Positions 61,926-64,000 of a stretch of 64,000 nt of DNA are shown here, piece by piece (positions within the stretch are counted from its first letter, which is position 1; each line of letters starts with the position of its first letter). The notes under the pieces were generated by a model, which had not been told where the DNA came from, did no database searches, and worked only from the letters and a program-made list of their open reading frames with translations. Made by a program: the position numbers and the translations under genes. The DNA is from Octopus sinensis. Taxonomy: Eukaryota. The DNA is taken from the NCBI RefSeq assembly GCF_006345805.1, contig NC_043014.1, positions 23,126,001 through 23,190,000 on the forward strand. Reading direction: 5' to 3'.

Positions 61926-62893
61926 GCGTGTATTAGTTGCAAACAAGGCTTAGGTACAAGCAGGCATGGCTGTATAATTAAGATACTTGCTTCCGAGTCG
62001 CATGTTCAGTCGCACTGTATATCACCTTAAGCAAGTGTCTTCTACTACATCCCTGAGCAAACCAGAGCATTGTGAATGGATTTGGTAGATGGAAACGGAA
62101 AGAAGCCCAACATATATGTATGTGTGTGAATGTGTTTGTTGTACCTTTGTTTAGACATTACTTCATGATTGTAAATGAGCATCATCATAAATGAGTGCTG
62201 TTGTTTGTTTCCAGTATTTTGTGAAACATGTCTATCTCTTTAACTTGCTTGGAAATTGATGAGTGTTGGCAACAGGAAGGGTGTCAGGTAGTAGAAAATC
62301 TGCCAAGACAAATTCCATATGAGGTATATGTGGATGTTAAATAATGATGATACACACACTTATACACACGCGCACACACACACAAGCATCAGTAATGCTA
62401 ACTAATCTCTCAACTCATTGGAAATAAGTTAAATCTCACTGAAATTATACCCTAGCATCTTGTAAATAAGACTAGAAGGCTACATTGGATAATGTACTCC
62501 TAGATACACAATATCTAAGAGAATGTTTAATCTGACATAGAGCTAAGGCACAAGAACAGCACATACACACACACACACACACAAACTTGTTAACAATTCA
62601 AATAGGCATGGTGCATATTTGAACTTATAATTTCTTGCTGTAAACATGTAAGTGTAAACACATACCAAGTCAGTATGGAGTACTCTTTAACTACACTGAT
62701 GGATACATGTAAATGCTGAAGAGGTAATCTCCTCTTCAGCATTAGATACTGGAAGCGGGAATACTACAAACTGACAAAAACATGGATATCTTTTATTATA
62801 TTCCCATCATATTATGACTGGTTGCACTAATCAGTGGTTTGGTATAAATAAAATACAGAACAGAAGCACTAAGCAGTGATGTGTGTGCATATA

Positions 62894-62935
<42 letters not shown>

Positions 62936-64000
62936 TGCCGTTGTTGTTTAACCCTCAGATAACCACAGTCAAACTCACCTTTGATCAAGGACTAGGTGGC
63001 ACATTGACAGTTACTAGTATGTTGGATAGAATACCATACAATATTTATTGTGCCTATTTGTGTTGTAAATTCAAATCTTACTGAATTCAACTTTAGCTTT
63101 CTATTGGTCAAATACAGTTCTTTTGTTTCCTGTATCTTTTTCTGTTTGTCTGTCTGTCATTAAAATTGGTTACAGCCAAATAGTATGGTGTTATATGTCA
63201 AAAAAAGAAAATCCTGTAAGCAGTTTGCTTCCCAACCACATGGTTCTAGGTTCAGTCCTATTGCATGGCACTTTGGGCAGGTGTCTTTAGCTATAGCCCT
63301 GGGCTGACCAAAGCCTTGTAAGTGGCTTGGTAGACAGAAACTAAAAGAAGCCTGTTGTGTGTATGTCTTTGTATCAGTATTTGTCACCCACTGCCACACT
63401 TGAGAACCAGTATTTGTGTGTTTACATCCTTGTAACTTATCAGTTTGGTAAAAGAGACTGATAGTATGAATACCAAGCTTTAGAAAAATCAAGTACTGGG
63501 GTTAATCTATTTGACTAAAAATTCTTCAAGGCAGTGCCCCACCATGGCTGTAGTTTAATGAATGAAGCAAGTAAAAAGGTAAGGCTGGTAACTGAAAAAT
63601 TCCTTGACCAGCACTATGTACTTATCAAGGAGGTCTTATCAACCTGATGGTGCACCTTTCTTTTTGACCAATTTGAGCCATAGCTACATCCTTTACTTAC
63701 ATGTTTTCTGGACACTAAGGTGTAATTTTTGGATATCTGACTGTTGCTTCTAACAGGTGGAATAATCACCCAGAAGGTCCTCCTTTAACTGGTGGTTACT
63801 GTTTGTTGAAACTAAAACCTCATAATATGATCTTTGGTGGTTTTGGTTCCATTCCAACATTTTACATTGAGCAATCTTAGGCAGGTTGGTATAAAAAAGG
63901 GATTTTATGCTAGACAGTGGCTCCCAACCAGGATCCATATAAGATTTTGTTGTTAAAATTTATTTGCAGCTAAATATTTTAATAATCATTATAATACAGT

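Noticed and set aside
63690-63790. Minus-strand donor CAT|GTAAGT with a short open frame
   Set aside because: No good acceptor, an in-frame stop just upstream and no homology.

Overview
AT-rich eukaryotic (animal) genomic DNA made up almost entirely of transposon relics and (TA)n/(CA)n/(GA)n microsatellites, with one 100-N scaffold gap (19091-19190). The SINE/RTE repeat repertoire resembles what I recall from octopus genomes; this is inference, not a database match. Contents: several copies of an RTE-clade LINE (one near full length at 29.5-33.2 kb), a second RTE family, CR1, R4/Dong-type and Penelope-like (PLE) fragments, an internally deleted Ty3/Gypsy element, mariner/Tc1/maT, piggyBac and Helitron-like derivatives, and at least four SINE families. 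No intact transposase or RT ORF, no rRNA or bona fide tRNA gene and no CRISPR array were found. The only host-gene signal is one + strand exon (51690-51858) encoding a signal-peptide-like N-terminus. The most unusual structures are: (i) fold-back elements next to (TA)n, one a zero-spacer ~860-bp palindrome with a complete hammerhead-ribozyme core in each arm; (ii) a structured ~62-nt module arrayed in variable number in the RTE 3' UTR, expanded at 13.4-15.8 kb into a nascent higher-order satellite; (iii) a LINE insertion that copied 128 bp of neighbouring DNA at its 5' junction.
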